DNA of 64,000 nucleotides. Source: Chloropicon primus. Lineage: Eukaryota. The position numbers were made by a program, and so were the translations under genes. The DNA lies in assembly GCA_023205875.1 (NCBI GenBank), contig CP060769.1, forward strand, positions 310,001 through 374,000, in the 5' to 3' direction. Positions 11,689 through 25,200 of this stretch are shown here, one piece after another (position 1 is the stretch's first letter; each line of letters opens with the position of its first letter). The notes beneath the pieces were generated by a model. The model was not told where the DNA came from. It did not search any database and saw nothing but the letters and a program-made list of their open reading frames with translations.

Positions 11689-12752
11689 CGTCCCTGTCCA
11701 ACAAGCAGCCGAGTGACTCGGCCCCGTACAATCCCCTGGCGATGCGTCCTCGTCCGGTCGTCGGACAAAAACAAAACCCGTGTGAGATCTGAAAGCAAAG
11801 CATCAGGAAGCGAAACACGGACAAAGTCAGTTCAGCGTCATTCTTCTCGATTCGAGGGTTCACGCAAGGCTAAAGCGATGAAGAATCCATCCGTGACCCT
11901 GATCCTCGTCTCGACGTTCCGCCTCTCCGCTACCATCGTCCCACAATCCTCCCAACGAACTCAACGAGGAAGGCCGTCACACCCCGGCACCCTTATCCAC
12001 AATCTGTTTCGACTCCCCGAGCGTCATTCTCGACAAGAGAGGCGTCATTCGAAAGAGAACGAGACGTATCTTCCTGCTTCCGCGATCTCGCCCCCTCCCT
12101 CCGCCCCCCCCCCCTCTCTTTCTCCCAAACTCACCTGTTCACTTCTCCATGAAAACCAATAGAAACATGCCAAACGTTTTTTCGTGAGTCAAATCCTCAA
12201 ATTTGGTTCAAATCTCACGAGAAAGACGTCAAACGAAAGATCATCTCACGAAGCTTCCATCGATCGACGCGTCATCTCCTCTCGTCCCCAAACACGTCAC
12301 CCACGAGCGCGCAAACCTCCTTACCTCGACCTCCTCTCCCTCTCTTGAGAGAACGCGAAAAAAAATATCTACCTTTCAAATACACGAGTATAGCGTCAAA
12401 TATCAAAGTAAGTAATATTTCCATATGGAAAGGTTGAAGCAGCCGCCAAAAAAAAAATTTTCGAGAGAAAAAACAAACCAGAACGAACGTGTTCTTCTTT
12501 TGTTGTTGGTTTGAGTTTGTTTGTTTTTTCCCACGTGTGTGGTCGGTTTGAGTCGAGAGAGGGTCGTACCATCGTAATCTTCATCTCGTTCTCTTTCATT
12601 TGACCCTGCGGTCGACCTCCGTGGAGCCGGAATTGGGATTCAACAGTCGCAAGCATCCTCTAGCGGCTTTTGAGCCTTGGGTGGGATTGGGAACAGAACA
12701 GAGTGGTGTCTTGGTGTTTTGTGTTTCGTTTTTTTTTTGAGGAAGTTCAAGG

Positions 12753-13607
12753 ATGGCGGAGTTGGTAACGGACACGGGAGCGTTCTCTTTCCCGTGCGGT
12801 CAGCAGACGGGTGTGAAGCTGACAAGCGAGGTGGTGATCGATGTCTTGGACTCGTACGTGAGGAGGAACGAGGGGCAGGAGAGGGTGATAGGAACGCTGC
12901 TGGGGACGGTGAACGAGAATGGAAAGGTGGACGTGAGGACGGCGTACGCTGTGCCTCACAACGAGAGCAGCGAGCAGGTTGCCCTGGACATTGAGTTTCA
13001 CAGAACGATGCTGGAGTTGCACCAGAAGATCAACGCGAGGGACCAGATAGTGGGATGGTTCTCTACGGGAAAGGGCATCGTGAGCAGCGACGCGCTTATT
13101 CAGGAGTTTTACGGGCAGGACACGATCCACTTGATCGTGGATGTGACCCTTCCGCTTGATGCCCCGATCTTCACCGCGTACAGCGTGAAGGAGGTGAACC
13201 TGCTTGAGCAGAACTTGGCGCTGGAGTTTCACCCCGTGCCGGTGGAGGTCAAGACCAACACGACGGAGCGAATAGGTTCGGAGCTTTTCCAGACGAAGAC
13301 CACGAAGAGGCTCCCCGAAGAGTCCCAGTCGATCCAGAACGCAGTCGGATCTCTGAGCAGCATGATCGAGACGGTCAAGACTTACGTGGAGGGTGTGTGC
13401 CAGGGTAAGGTGAAGGCGGACACTACCATCGGAAGGTACGTGAGCGACACTCTGGGAGTTATTCCTTCCCTAACCCCGGAAGATGTCAACAACATGGTCC
13501 ACACGAATGCCCAGGACGTTGCCCTCGTGGAGTACCTGTCCTGGATGGTGCAAACTCAGCTTGCGCTCAGTGAGAAACTGGGTACCGACTGCATGCCTAT
13601 CCTCTAA
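12753..13607 (+). CDS. eIF3f: Translation initiation factor 3 subunit F (MPN domain)
   Basis: DSYVRRNEGQERVIGTLLG, YAVPHNES, IVGWFSTG, IGRY. Confidence 0.92.
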   Translation: MAELVTDTGAFSFPCGQQTGVKLTSEVVIDVLDSYVRRNEGQERVIGTLLGTVNENGKVDVRTAYAVPHNESSEQVALDIEFHRTMLELHQKINARDQIVGWFSTGKGIVSSDALIQEFYGQDTIHLIVDVTLPLDAPIFTAYSVKEVNLLEQNLALEFHPVPVEVKTNTTERIGSELFQTKTTKRLPEESQSIQNAVGSLSSMIETVKTYVEGVCQGKVKADTTIGRYVSDTLGVIPSLTPEDVNNMVHTNAQDVALVEYLSWMVQTQLALSEKLGTDCMPIL

Positions 13608-13700
13608 ATATGGGAGCGAGTGTATATACGACTGAAGGGACAGAGATTGTTCGTAGGAGCCCACCATGTAATTCAAATCAATCGAACGACGAGAACGCGT

Positions 13701-13739
<39 letters not shown>

Positions 13740-14156
13740 GCGTGTGAGAGGCATTTCGAGTCACTTCAGCAGGTACGCCAAGTAGTCCTCCTAAAGCCCT
13801 CCTCATCCCTTCAGTATTCCGACTTCGTTATCCCATCAAGCGTGAGAAAGGACTTTGGAAAGAGGAGGAGACCACGCACCCTGCAATGCTTCCCTCCCCC
13901 TCCTCCAGCACCACTGCCACAACGACGATCATCATCAATCATCAATCACCATCCATCCATCCATCCTCCTCGATCTTTTCAAGTGAGGTGAGGACACTTT
14001 GGAAAGAGGAGGAGGAGGAGGAGGCTTAGATCATTCACTCAGGATTGCTTCCTCCCCTCTCCCCCCTCCATCATCACTACCATAACAACGATCCCCCTCC
14101 TCCTCCTCGGTTGAGAGACACTGACATCCGGTTGATGTCAGTGGAGGAAGAGGGCG

Positions 14157-15817
14157 ATGGCGACGGAGAGCGGCGAAGGCGTGGTGGAGACGAGTGCTGT
14201 GTGCTGGCGGGCGAGTTCGGATGAGTTCGAAGGAGCGGACCCGAACAAGGTCCTTTCCTTCTCGCCTCCGAGCACAAGCAAGGACTACGTCGCCGAGTTG
14301 GTTTCCATGTCGGAAGCCGCTTTGAACTGGACAAGAACTTTTGATGACACGATCAACGAAGTTGGGTTTGATACCGAAAGGAGAACCGTCTTGGTTGTCA
14401 GCTGCGGGAAGAGCAACATGTGGCTCACGGTCGTAAGTCAATTGAGGGGAACAAACAAAACCGTTACGCTCGCTTCGGGTGTGTGTTTCTGACCCATTGG
14501 TTTCTCTCTTCGGTTTTGTCCTCCAATCATCATCATCATCATCATCATCATCGCCATCATCGCCACCATCGCCATCATCGCCATCATCGCCAGGTGTATG
14601 ATAACAGGAGGAATAAGCTGGTTGAGGCGGATGAGCTGAAGCGGGTGGTGCGGACTGCGGTCGAGAATCACTTGAATGGAGCTCAGTCTGAACAAGCCTT
14701 TAGGAGTTTGGCTGGAGTTGTGCTGAGGTACCTGCGTTCCAAGTTGAAGCTGGAGACGCCGACTGTGCATGGGTTGCATGACATCTTGGATGGCCTGCCT
14801 GTGCTTTCGATCAGCAAGCAATCCTTCCTCTTCCTGCGTTACTTGGAGAACTCTCTGGCGGAGATCATGCGTTCGGGGCTCAGTGGTGGTTTGGGCGGGC
14901 CCGGGGCCACGCTGAGTCCGCCGGCGGGCGAGGGCGTGCTGCTCAGCAAGGGGCTCGACACCGTCGTCATGGAAGGAAACTTCATTCTTTCGAGTAGCCT
15001 GAACCCCAAATCGACCGAGCGCATCTATCGAAAGTACGTGGACTACCTTCGGGACCTCAAGCTTCTCGATGTGAAGAGCCCCGCGGGTTTGGGGGAGGAA
15101 AAGACTTTGAGCTCGGCGTTCAATCTGAGCAAGCTCAACTTGAACTTCGAGAGCCTTGGGGTGAACGGCTCGCCGGCCAGCAAGGCGATCTCGCCGGATG
15201 GGTTCATCTCCCAGGTCGACCTGGTCGCGAGGAGGGAGCTGACGAAAGCGTTCTCGTTCTTCGTGGGAGACGACGACGGCGACGCCGGGGAGGAGAGGGG
15301 CGTCTACATTTTTGCGCAAGGCAACACTTCGGTCGTCTTTCTCACTCAAGACACCTCCCTCTTCATCGGGGCGGAGCTCAGGAGGAGGCTGAGCGACCTC
15401 CTGAAACGGTCGTGCGCCAAGTTGAGCGAGTCCATTCGCATCGATTACGAGCGCGTGGAGGAGCCGAGGAGCTCGAACTTTGACGTGGCCTGCTTGGACG
15501 ACGTGAGCTCCTCGTCCAAGTCCTTGCACTGCCTTGCGGAGAGGCCGGACAGCCTCAAGCTCAGGCTCGACCTCGCGGCCCAGCTGAAGAGGGAGATGGA
15601 CTTGGGCATCGCGGCGGAGGCCGGGGCCGAGCAGGGAGACTCCTTCGCGAAGCCGGCGAGGGAGCTCATGGTCCACTCCCACAGCAACGTGTGGGCCAGC
15701 CTGCAGGAGTCCGGCCTCAGGAAGTACTACACGCTCTCGGACGAGAGCACCCTCATCGAGGCGCACTTGGGCATGCGGGAGAACGCCGAGAAGGCCTTCC
15801 AGGTCTGCCTTCCTTGA
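14157..15817 (+). CDS. CCZ1: CCZ1-like vacuolar fusion protein (longin domains); exons 14157-14432 and 14594-15817
   Basis: N-terminal EG..KVLSFSP...VSMSEAALNWTRTF...MWLTV pattern typical of CCZ1. GTAAGT..CAG phase-0 intron 14433-14593 contains a (CAT)n tract. Confidence 0.65.
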
Positions 15818-16026
15818 AGAAGGAGTGGTGCGTGGTGGTGGCGATTTCCCTGCTGGACCATATACGCAACGCGCGACCCCCAGAAAACAAAATAGTATTT
15901 AAGGCACACGTCAAGGCTGTACCATATCCTACATCGGGCTTTTTGATATCCGCACGAGACGAAGAAGTGACTTTCAAGAGCGGCGTCGGGAAAAATACTA
16001 CAAAAGCCCGCTCGCTACAAATCGCA

Positions 16027-16366
16027 AAGGGGGTCAAAGGTGGCCAAAGGTCCAGTCATCCATCAAACCTCTATCACGCCTTCCACCCTCCTGTCCCCTT
16101 GTCCCACCATTGCATTGCTCTCTTGCTCTCTTCCTCTTCCCTGTCCCCTCTAACGCCTCTGGAGCCCCGGTACCGCCTCATGCATGCAATGCATCGCGGC
16201 CACCATCCTCTTCTCTTACTGCAACAAAAGGGTCAAAGGGGGTCAAAGGTGGCCAAAGATCCAGTCATCCATCAAACCTCTATCACGCCTTCCACCCTCC
16301 TGTCCCCTTGTCCCACCATTGCATTGCTCTCTTGCTCTCTTCCTCTTCCATGTCCCTCTAACGCCT
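16027..16366. repeat. Direct duplication of about 130 bp, period 209 bp
   Basis: GGTCAAAGGTGGCCAAAG..CCAGTCATCCATCAAACCTC..CTCTAACGCCT at 16032 and 16241. Confidence 0.9.
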
Positions 16367-16893
16367 GAGAGCCGTCCGTTGCAGCCGCTCGCTTTAATCC
16401 ACCAAATCCTTATCATCACTTTTTCTGACGGCAGACAAGCGTTGGGGCAAACAGAAGGTCAGTGAACGAGTTGTGGAGGGACGAGAACGAAAGGCGGAGG
16501 GGAGAGGGAGCGGACCAGTCGAAGCACCGCCTCGCACTCTTTCCGTCGACCCCTCGCACGACGACGCTGGCGTCTGGACGGAGGAGGACAAGGACGGAAG
16601 AGTGGAGCGTTTTTGTGCGAGGACGAGGCGGTGTTGGTGATGGAGGGCGAGACGGAGGGCGGAAGAGAGTTGTTGATCGAACGTGTGGGGTGTCGTCGGA
16701 ACCGTCTCCGTCTCAGCTTTCGAAAGAGTTGCCTCACGAAAGGATTGGCGTAGGGGTGCGGAGGGGAGAGACTGAAACGCTGGTTTGTTTTTTCGTTTTC
16801 GTTTTTTTCTTGCAGGCCGAGTACTCGAGAGGGAGGCGGTTTGACGACAGAGACGATAAGAGCAGAGCGTTGTTGCGTTGCGTGAGTAGAACG

Positions 16894-18336
16894 ATGAGTG
16901 TGCAGGATTACATTGACAGCCACAAGCTCCAGGGGAAGGTGGAGGAAGCCATCAACACTTGTGTGAAGAGCAAGCCGGACGAGCCATGCTCGTACCTCGC
17001 GAAGATCTTGTTGCAGATGTGTCCCAGCGCCGTGACCAAGGTGGTTGGCAGGCAGATATTCGACTCGAGGGGGAACCCGACCGTGGAGTGCGAGGTGACG
17101 ACCTACAAGGGAACCTTCAGGGCGGCCGTGCCTTCCGGGGCGTCGACGGGGATCTACGAGGCGGTGGAGTTGAGGGACGGGGACAAGTCCGCTTACATGG
17201 GCAAGGGGGTCACCAAGGCCGTGAAGAACATCAACGAGGTGATCGGGCCAGCCCTGGTCGGAAAGGATCCGATCAACCAGAGGGAGATCGATGACTTCAT
17301 GATCAAGGAGCTCGACGGGACCGACAACAAGGGGAAGCTCGGCGCCAACGCCGTGCTTGCCGTCTCCATGGCGATCTGCAAGGCCGGCGCCGCACAGAAG
17401 GAGGTCCCTCTGTACAGGCACCTGGCAGACCTGGCGGGAAACAAGAAGCTCGTTCTCCCCGTCCCTGCTTTCAACATCATCAACGGAGGATCCCACGCCG
17501 GTAACGCTCTCGCCATGCAGGAGTTCATGGTCCTCCCCACCGGCGCCAGCAGCTTCACCGAGGCCATGAAGATGGGAAACGAGGTGTACCACAACTTGAA
17601 GTCCGTCATCAAGGCCAAGTATGGGCAGGATGCTTGCAACGTGGGTGACGAGGGTGGATTCGCTCCAAACATCGGCAGCAACATCGAGGGCCTGGACCTC
17701 ATCAAGGAGGCCATCGAGAAGGCTGGCTACACGGGCAAGATGAAGATCGGCATGGACGTCGCCGCCAGCGAGTTCTACACGGAGGACAAGAAGTACGACT
17801 TGAACTTCAAGGTCCAGCCAAACGACGGGTCCCAGAAGAAGACCGGCGAGGAGATGGTCGCCTTCTACGAGAAGATTTGCGAGGACTACCCCATCATCAG
17901 TATCGAGGACCCTTTTGACCAGGACGACTTTGAGCACACGGGGATTCTGACCGGAAAGAACATGTGCCAGGTGGTTGGAGACGATCTCTTGGTCACGAAC
18001 CCAAAGAGGGTGAAGACCGCGATCGACCAGAAGGCCTGCAACGCCCTTCTCCTCAAGGTGAACCAGATCGGAAGCGTGACCGAGTCCATCGAGGCCGTCG
18101 GCATGAGCAAGGACGCGGGCTGGGGTGTCATGGCGTCCCACAGGTCTGGAGAGACCGAGGACACCTTCATCGCCGACCTTGCCGTCGGGCTCTCCACCGG
18201 GCAGATCAAGACAGGAGCCCCCTGCAGGTCCGAGAGGCTGGCCAAGTACAACCAGCTCCTGAGAATCGAGGAGGAGTTGGGAGAGGATGCCGTTTACGCC
18301 GGAGAGGGGTACAGACACATTTCCTGGGATGATTAG
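16894..18336 (+). CDS. ENO: Enolase with about 45-aa N-terminal extension (ENO3/ENOC-type)
   Basis: [63 protein letters not shown]. Confidence 0.97.
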   Translation: MSVQDYIDSHKLQGKVEEAINTCVKSKPDEPCSYLAKILLQMCPSAVTKVVGRQIFDSRGNPTVECEVTTYKGTFRAAVPSGASTGIYEAVELRDGDKSAYMGKGVTKAVKNINEVIGPALVGKDPINQREIDDFMIKELDGTDNKGKLGANAVLAVSMAICKAGAAQKEVPLYRHLADLAGNKKLVLPVPAFNIINGGSHAGNALAMQEFMVLPTGASSFTEAMKMGNEVYHNLKSVIKAKYGQDACNVGDEGGFAPNIGSNIEGLDLIKEAIEKAGYTGKMKIGMDVAASEFYTEDKKYDLNFKVQPNDGSQKKTGEEMVAFYEKICEDYPIISIEDPFDQDDFEHTGILTGKNMCQVVGDDLLVTNPKRVKTAIDQKACNALLLKVNQIGSVTESIEAVGMSKDAGWGVMASHRSGETEDTFIADLAVGLSTGQIKTGAPCRSERLAKYNQLLRIEEELGEDAVYAGEGYRHISWDD

Positions 18337-19188
18337 ATTCTGGATTCTCGCTGCACCAAATAAAGAAGAAGAAGAGGAAAAACAAAAACAAAAACAAAAA
18401 CAAAACAAGATTTTTTTACAGCACCTCTTTTCGTTACGTTGACGCCCGTGTTTCCCTTTGCTTGCTTCCATCCCTCGATGATCCTCATCGATCCCAAATC
18501 GATGAGAAAGCGAGAAGAGAGAGAGAAACTTTAGAGATCAACAGATCTATGGACCCCTTCGTATATCGTTGTCGTGCCTTGGTGTGCCTCCCCCAAGGTC
18601 TCCTCCTCCCTCCTGATCCTGATCCCCAAAGGTCTCCTCTCCTCCAGTCCCAGTCTCCTCATCACATCTCCACGGGAGGATTCCAGCACAGAAGAGATTG
18701 GTGGCGGCCGACAGACCTGAACATCGTGGCTGGCGTCTTGTGGGGAGAGCGAGGACAAGCGCAAGGTTTCGTGAACGAGTGGAAGAGTTTCAAGGAGCGA
18801 GAAGAGGTTGAGACGAAAGTACAGGTCGAGACCTTTCGATAGACGTGTCACTTGACGGTATTGGCGTCCGGAGGAGAGCAAGCGGCGAAGAAACGGCAGA
18901 AAACCAGCAGGGGGCAACCTCCGTGGAGGGCAACAAGGAGGGAGAGGGCGGCCAGAGGTCGAAGCGAGGGGGCGAGGCGAAGCGGTCGAGTCGCAGACGT
19001 TGAATCGGTTGCGTTGGGAGGACCTCGTGTCTCGAGCGGAGTCCCTGTTTCGCGCCGGAATCGTCGTGGCATCGGTTTTTTTTTTCAACTTGGGATCCCG
19101 AGTGGTGGTCGAAAAAAAGTCTGCGGTGCGAGTTTGATTGAGAGGGCGGTGATCGAGGTTGAGGGCGTTTGTCGAGGGAGAGAGAGAG

Positions 19189-20055
19189 ATGAATCACAAC
19201 ATATTCGCTGCGCTGGACACGAAGAAGCGCGCGAAGAGCGGGAAGAGCAAAGATGGTGGCAAGAGGAAGAGCAAGGAGAACCAGAAAGCGGAGGCCAAGC
19301 CTTTGACAGACGAGGAGCAGAAGGCGTTGTGGAGTCAGGTGGAGAGCCAAACGAATGGCGCGAGCAACTGGGCGGATGACGACGACGAGGAAGAGTTCGA
19401 TCCGGAGGACTTTGGATTCGGAGCTGACAGCAACGACGCGGCGGAGCCACAAGGGGGTGGAGACGCGGACGACGAGGAGGAGGACGAGGGGGAGGAAGGG
19501 GAGGGGGAGGTGGATGGGACCAACGGCATGCTGATCGAGGACAACGTGGACGAGGAGGAGGACGAGGAGGAGGACGAGGAGGAGAGGGACGGGGGAGACC
19601 AAACGACAGAGGAGGTGACGACGAGCGAGCCGAGCAGGCAGCTCAGCAAAAAGGAGCTCAAGCAGAAGGAGATGGATGAGCTCGACGCCGTGCTGGCCGA
19701 GATGGGAATCGAGGTGAAGGACGAAAAGGGGAAGGAGGAGAACGGGGCGAGCCCAGGGAATGGCCAGAGCAAGAGCGCGGCTGCGAGGAAGAGGAGGAAG
19801 GCCAAGGCCAAGCAGGAGGCCAGCAAGGACGGCCCGGCCTCGCCGCCGCCTCCAGCGGAGGCCGAAGCCGAGAGCAAGGGCCCGGACGAGTCTTCGATCG
19901 GGATTGACAAGCAAGGGCTGGCGAAGCTCGCTAGCAAGAAGAAGAAGGACAAGAAGTCCGGGACGGTGGCCTCGGCCGCCTCCAGGGAGGCCAAGGCCAG
20001 GAGCAAGAAGATGGCGAAGAAGGGCGGCAAGATGTACTTCCCTCCCAACATGTGA
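19189..20055 (+). CDS. Acidic/lysine-rich uncharacterised protein
   Basis: Host-like codon usage; motifs NIFAALD..KK, NWADDDD and RQLSKKELKQKEMDELDAVLAEMG recall a conserved plant protein of unknown function. Confidence 0.7.
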   Translation: MNHNIFAALDTKKRAKSGKSKDGGKRKSKENQKAEAKPLTDEEQKALWSQVESQTNGASNWADDDDEEEFDPEDFGFGADSNDAAEPQGGGDADDEEEDEGEEGEGEVDGTNGMLIEDNVDEEEDEEEDEEERDGGDQTTEEVTTSEPSRQLSKKELKQKEMDELDAVLAEMGIEVKDEKGKEENGASPGNGQSKSAAARKRRKAKAKQEASKDGPASPPPPAEAEAESKGPDESSIGIDKQGLAKLASKKKKDKKSGTVASAASREAKARSKKMAKKGGKMYFPPNM

Positions 20056-20516
20056 TTGACGGCGACGACGACGGTTTGCGCCCGTATCGTCTGATGGCAT
20101 GCGCGCGCGCGGACGCTCACGCAAGTCGCCTCAAGTGGTTTGTTGTTGTAAAAAAGGAGCCGGACTCGAGAAGCCCCGAGCCAAGAATAAAGGCAGCAGA
20201 AGACAGGCTGGGGTGGTGGTTGGTGGCAATTTAAACGTTACATGTGGTGGTGTAGTCTCGACGAACGTGTGGCGAAGCAAAAAAGAAGAGAAAAGAAAAC
20301 AGGCTTTGAATGATATTTCCATCTTTTTTTTTACCAACTATCAATTGTCTTATTTTCTGAATCCTTTCACCTCCCCGCCCCTCCCCGCCCGCCCTCTCTC
20401 TCTCTTTGTCTAGTGCTGTGGCGCGCGAACGGCAGCCACCGGGGGGGGAGGAGAGAGAGAGGGTGGAGGAGAGGCGACACGGTAAAAAAACAGCCTTGCT
20501 CCACAGAGTACCCAAT

Positions 20517-21476
20517 TTAGGCAGTGCCGTTGAAAGAGTTTCCGAAGTACGAAAGCGATTCGAGGCAGCCCTTGTTGAAGAGGAGGGCCTGGGTGCCGAG
20601 TCCGAACATGGCAACCATGGCCAGCCTGCAGTGCCTGATCTCGGCCTCCTTCAAGTTAACGCTCTTCTCTGGGTCGGACGCAAAGCCCAATGGGTCGAAG
20701 TATCCACCTGGGTAGCACCTCTTCTCGAGGTCCCTCTCGGTGTTCCTGAGCACCTCAACTCCCAGCATGAGGATGGCCTCGACGTAAGACACCTGAGTGA
20801 CGTCGAATGGAAGATCAAGCCCGGCGTACTTGGCTCCGCCGAGGATCTCCGCCCCGGCGTTCTGCCAGGAGATTCCGGTCGCGGACTCTCCAACGATAAT
20901 TCCCAAGGTTGCGAGCATGCACCACCTTCCGTGGATGAGCTCGCACTCCCTGAACCTCTGGATACCGAAAGCCTCCGAGTAGGGAGAGAGGGAGTCTCCG
21001 CTCACCTGGTCGACGTCAGGCGTGATGGTTCCGATGGCCCCGCCGGCCTTGTTGATAGCCGCGTTCTGATCCAGCTGGTCCAAGTCCATCTGAACGAACT
21101 CGGTTGGCTTGGCCAGGCCAAGTGGGTCGAAGCCCCTGTCTCCGATCATCGACCCGTCCAACCACGATGGTGGATCAATATCGGGCAAATACAATGGACG
21201 TCCCTCGAACTTCCTGTTTGTTGTTTAGAGAGACAGAGAGGAGAAGAACAAAAGGGCAAAACCAAGAGGAGGAGTCAGAAGAAGTTTGAGAGAGAGAGGG
21301 AGAAGGAGAGAGAGGAGAGAGGCGGAGGCTTTCCTATGTTGGTGGGTGCTACGTGTCTTCCTCCCTTACCTGTATCCGACGCCTCCCTGCCTTGCGGTGC
21401 CAGACTTCTTCGGGGTGGCCTTCTTCTTCCCACCGAGTCTCATGGACGTCGTGCTTCTCGTCATCATCTTGCTCAT
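20517..21476 (-). CDS. LHCB4: Chlorophyll a/b-binding protein CP29; exons 21476-21370 and 21213-20517
   Basis: GVGYR|KFEG joined by GTAAGG..CAG intron; DRGFDPLGL, CP29-specific insert LDQLDQN..N, RFRECELIHGRWCM, YPGGYFDPLG, EIRHCRLAM. Confidence 0.92.
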
Positions 21477-22204
21477 GGTTGTCGCGCTCGTCCCTCTTCG
21501 TCGTAGCCTACGCCAACGCCAACGCCATCAAAAAAAAAAAAAAAAAAAATCCCATCCCGTCAGCCTCTTGCGCGTTGCGAGGGCTCGCTGGAAAGAGCGG
21601 AAGACGGCGGTCTTCGTCGTCTTCATGCGGTTGCCGTCCTCCTTGCTTTGTGGTTTGTGTTGTCGCGCTTGTTTTCTGTATGCTTACCGTCGCTTTGATC
21701 GTCGTCGTCCTCTCCTCCTCGTTCGTTGGTGCGATCTTGATCTTCTTTTGTTTTCGGTTGGTGAGGGGAGAAAGATCTGCGGCCAATGAGGAGAGAGGGG
21801 CGAGGGAGTGGATAAGAGATGCAGCGAGGAGGGGTGTAACCACCAAACACTCGGACAACGAGACGAGGAAGCCAAGAGAGAGGCAAAGACAGGAGGTAAC
21901 GTATGGAGTAGAGGTGCGTACTCAATGCCCGGGCTAGAGCAAGGGACGGTGGGCATGGGAGAGAGAGGGATCACAATGCCAATGTGGGTTTGGATAAGAA
22001 GAGGCAGCAGGGTGAGGGGCGTAAGAGAAGAGGGGGACCGACCCGACCGAGGGGGGAGAGAGAGGAGAGGGGAGAGAGAGGAGAGAGGAGAGAGGGGGGG
22101 ACCGATGTTTTGGAGGGAAAGATGGCAACTTTTTCACGACCAAGAATAAGAATTAGAATAATGACATAGAATTACACACAAACAATCCTCCTCCCCCTCC
22201 TGCT

Positions 22205-25200
22205 CTACGAGCTCAACCTCCTCCCCAGCCTGTTCTCCGTGGCCTCCAGGACCCGGCAGAGCCAGCCGGCCAGCCAGGAGTGGACGATATCCACGCCGAC
22301 GCTCGCGTCGAGCATGGCCTTGAGCTGGTTGAAGATGGACACGACCTGGGGCTTACCCAGGCCCTCCTGGGCGTCGACCCTCGAGAGCTCGCTGATCACC
22401 TTCCTCTGGCTCGGCTCCGACTTGTCGGGCTCCTTGTCGCTCCCGACGTACAGGAGGACCTTGGCGAAGGCCTGGAGGACCCGCTGCAGCCTCTGCAGGA
22501 CGGCCTCCTGGGCCTCCTCCTCCTCCTCGTCCAGGCCGCCCCCCTCGCTCACGAGGACATCCTTGAGGGCCCGGAGCTTGTGCCAGTCGACGTGGCCGTA
22601 CCCGCAGCGCCAGCCGGGCTTGTGCTGGCCGTCCCCACCCTCGGCGGAGGAGGCCTCCGCGGCCTCCGGCTCATCCGGGCTGGGCAGCACTGCGTAGAAC
22701 AGCAGCAAGTTTCGGGGTCGCCCCTTGCTCGACTCCTGCTGCTCGGGGCTCTGGACGGACGACGCATTGATTCCAAAGTACTGCAGGCAGATCGAACCGG
22801 GCTTGGGCGTGGGGATGTCCGGGGCCTCCGCCGACTGGGCCTGCGAGCCTCCCAGGATGAGGCTCCTCACCGTGGCGACCTCCTTGTCGTTCGAGAGGTC
22901 GAACTGGCCGCCGCTCATGTTCAGGCCGTCCGTGGCCACGATGCTACCGAGGACATTCCAGCGCTTGACCACGGTGAAGGACATGGGCAGCATGCTCGGC
23001 ACCGAGAACATGGCCGCCTGGAGCACCCTGCTGGCGTACATCGCCGCGGCCCTCTTGTCCTTGTTCACCTCGGAGAGGTGCTCCGAGTCCATACCGTACC
23101 GATCCATGTGCATGTTGATCGCCTTGGGCAGCTCGCCCTTGTCCGAGATGTGGACGCCGTAATGCTCCGGCGCCCTGCTCGCGGCAAAGACCTTGGAAAC
23201 CTTTGTGGCGTACTGAAGCAGGGCGAAGAAGTTCTCCTCGTCATGGAAGTGGTCGTACGTGGCCTGGGCCGACTGCAGCATCAGGATCCTGAGCAGGCCA
23301 GGATCGCTGAAGTCTCCCGTGGTGAACCAACTGAAGGCGCGCTCGAAGTACGACAGGGCGATCTGGAAATCGTTCAAGATGGCCGAGGCGCAACCCGTGT
23401 AGGTGTGCATGGACGCCTGGATGTGCGCATCCAAGGCGCAGTACCTCGCCTTATTGTGGCACTCCCCGAAGGTCTCCAGAGCCTGCTTCGCGTATAGCTT
23501 CGAGTCCACGGTGCCGGACTGCGCGAGGAGGACGTCTATCCTCCCCAAGTTCATCATCGCGTTGAGGTAAAGCGGGGTGGACCTGCAGAACAAGTTCGTC
23601 CTGTCCTTATGCTGAAGCCCGATGCTGAAGCCCTGGGCGTTGGACTGCGACTCGAAGACTTTGGCAGCCCACCCGAGCTGCTCCCTCGCTCCGCGGAGGT
23701 CGCCCTCCAGCGCCTCGAGGGCGACGGCATAGTCGGAGATCAGGACGGCGTGCTGCTCTGGGGTGATGCAGCCCTTGTTCTTCTCGACCAGCATGATGGC
23801 GGTCTTGTAGCCTTGGATTGTGGCCTCAGAGTCGCCCTTGCCGAGATTCAAGGAAGCCTTAATGTGCTCCATGTGCACGAGGACGTTGTAGGCCTTCATG
23901 TTGAATGCTTCCATCGACAGCACCTGGCACAGCGAGAGGGCCTCGTCCAAGTTGCCCAGATCCGCGTAGCACTGCATGAGGATGACCATGGATTCCAGCC
24001 AGATCTCCATGGTGAGGTCGTTCTTCATGGGCAGCCAACCCAGGCGTGACTCGTAGCCGGGGTCCTTGGGCGGAGACGCCGCGGCGTCCTTGATGCTCTG
24101 CAGGGTGCTGCCCGCCTTTTTCACCAGCTCGATTGCCACCTTGGACTCGCACAGGGCCCTCTTCATGTTCGCGTACTGCAGCAGCATCTGGCACTTGAGG
24201 ACCAGCCTCCCCTCGGTGTCGAAGATCCTCTTCGACGGCTCCGTTTGCGTGGAGTCCTCGTTCAGAATACTCTCGATGACGTTCTGAGCCGCTTCCATGA
24301 GCTTGGGCATCGAGCACGTCTCGTCCAAGACGTAGGTGGTGTCCGGCGTCGAGTTCTCGCCGATGGGGAAATTGATGCAGCTGGCAATGTTGATCAAAAA
24401 TAGGGACTGGCACGCAGCAATTTCCATCTCGGCGGCAATGCCAAAGCGTTCCCTGAAGGCGCTCCCGATCTTGATGGAGGCGATGTCTTGCAGAGCCTTG
24501 GCATTCTCCTTGGCCGCCACAGCTTTGCACGGGTTGAATTGGCCGCCATCGGAGAGGCCCAAGTTGTTGTGATCGGAAAAGAGCCACTCCTCGGTGAGCA
24601 GATCCAAAGATTCCAGGGACTCGGACGCCTTCAGGATGGGGAACAGAAGTGCGTGAGCGGCGTTGAAGAAGCCAAGCTCGATACATGCCCTGACCCTCTG
24701 GGCTCTGAAGTGCATGATCATTCCCTCTCTCCATATCAGAGGCCTGTTCTGAGGCTCGTCTGGCTTTCCTTGTGCTTCCTCGCCCTCCTCCACTTCCTCG
24801 CCCTCCTCCGCTGGGGCGGCGTCATCCTTCTCCGACCGTTTGACCTTGGCCTGCTCGCTCATCGAGTACTGAATGATGCAGTGGTCCGCCAGCACCAGCA
24901 CCGGCAGGGCCTCGAGGAAGGCCTTCCTGTTGAGAAGGGTAGAAGCGATGCTCTCGAGCCCCAAAAGCAGGTCCACGATGGACGCAAACCTGGGCATGTG
25001 AATGAGGTCAATCTTTTCGCTGAGCTTCCTCGGAGCCGTGTATCTCGCAAAGTTGCACAGGTAGGAAGGATGCCTCAAAGTGGAAGCCAAGATCGCTCTC
25101 GAGACGAGGGCTGCGAGCATGGCGCATTCCCCAGTGATGTAGATATCGTTCTTGTTGCTCAAGTTCAAAAGCTTTCCAAGCACAGATATTGCCAGAATTC

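Noticed and set aside
14420..14593. Poly-histidine N-terminus in the ORF track
   Set aside because: The (CAT)n tract lies inside the GT..AG intron 14433-14593 of the CCZ1-like gene
16459..18471. Long antisense ORFs (670 aa here; also 24488-26743, 40883-42922, 33975-35360)
   Set aside because: Shadow frames of GC3-rich real genes on the opposite strand, with no recognisable motifs
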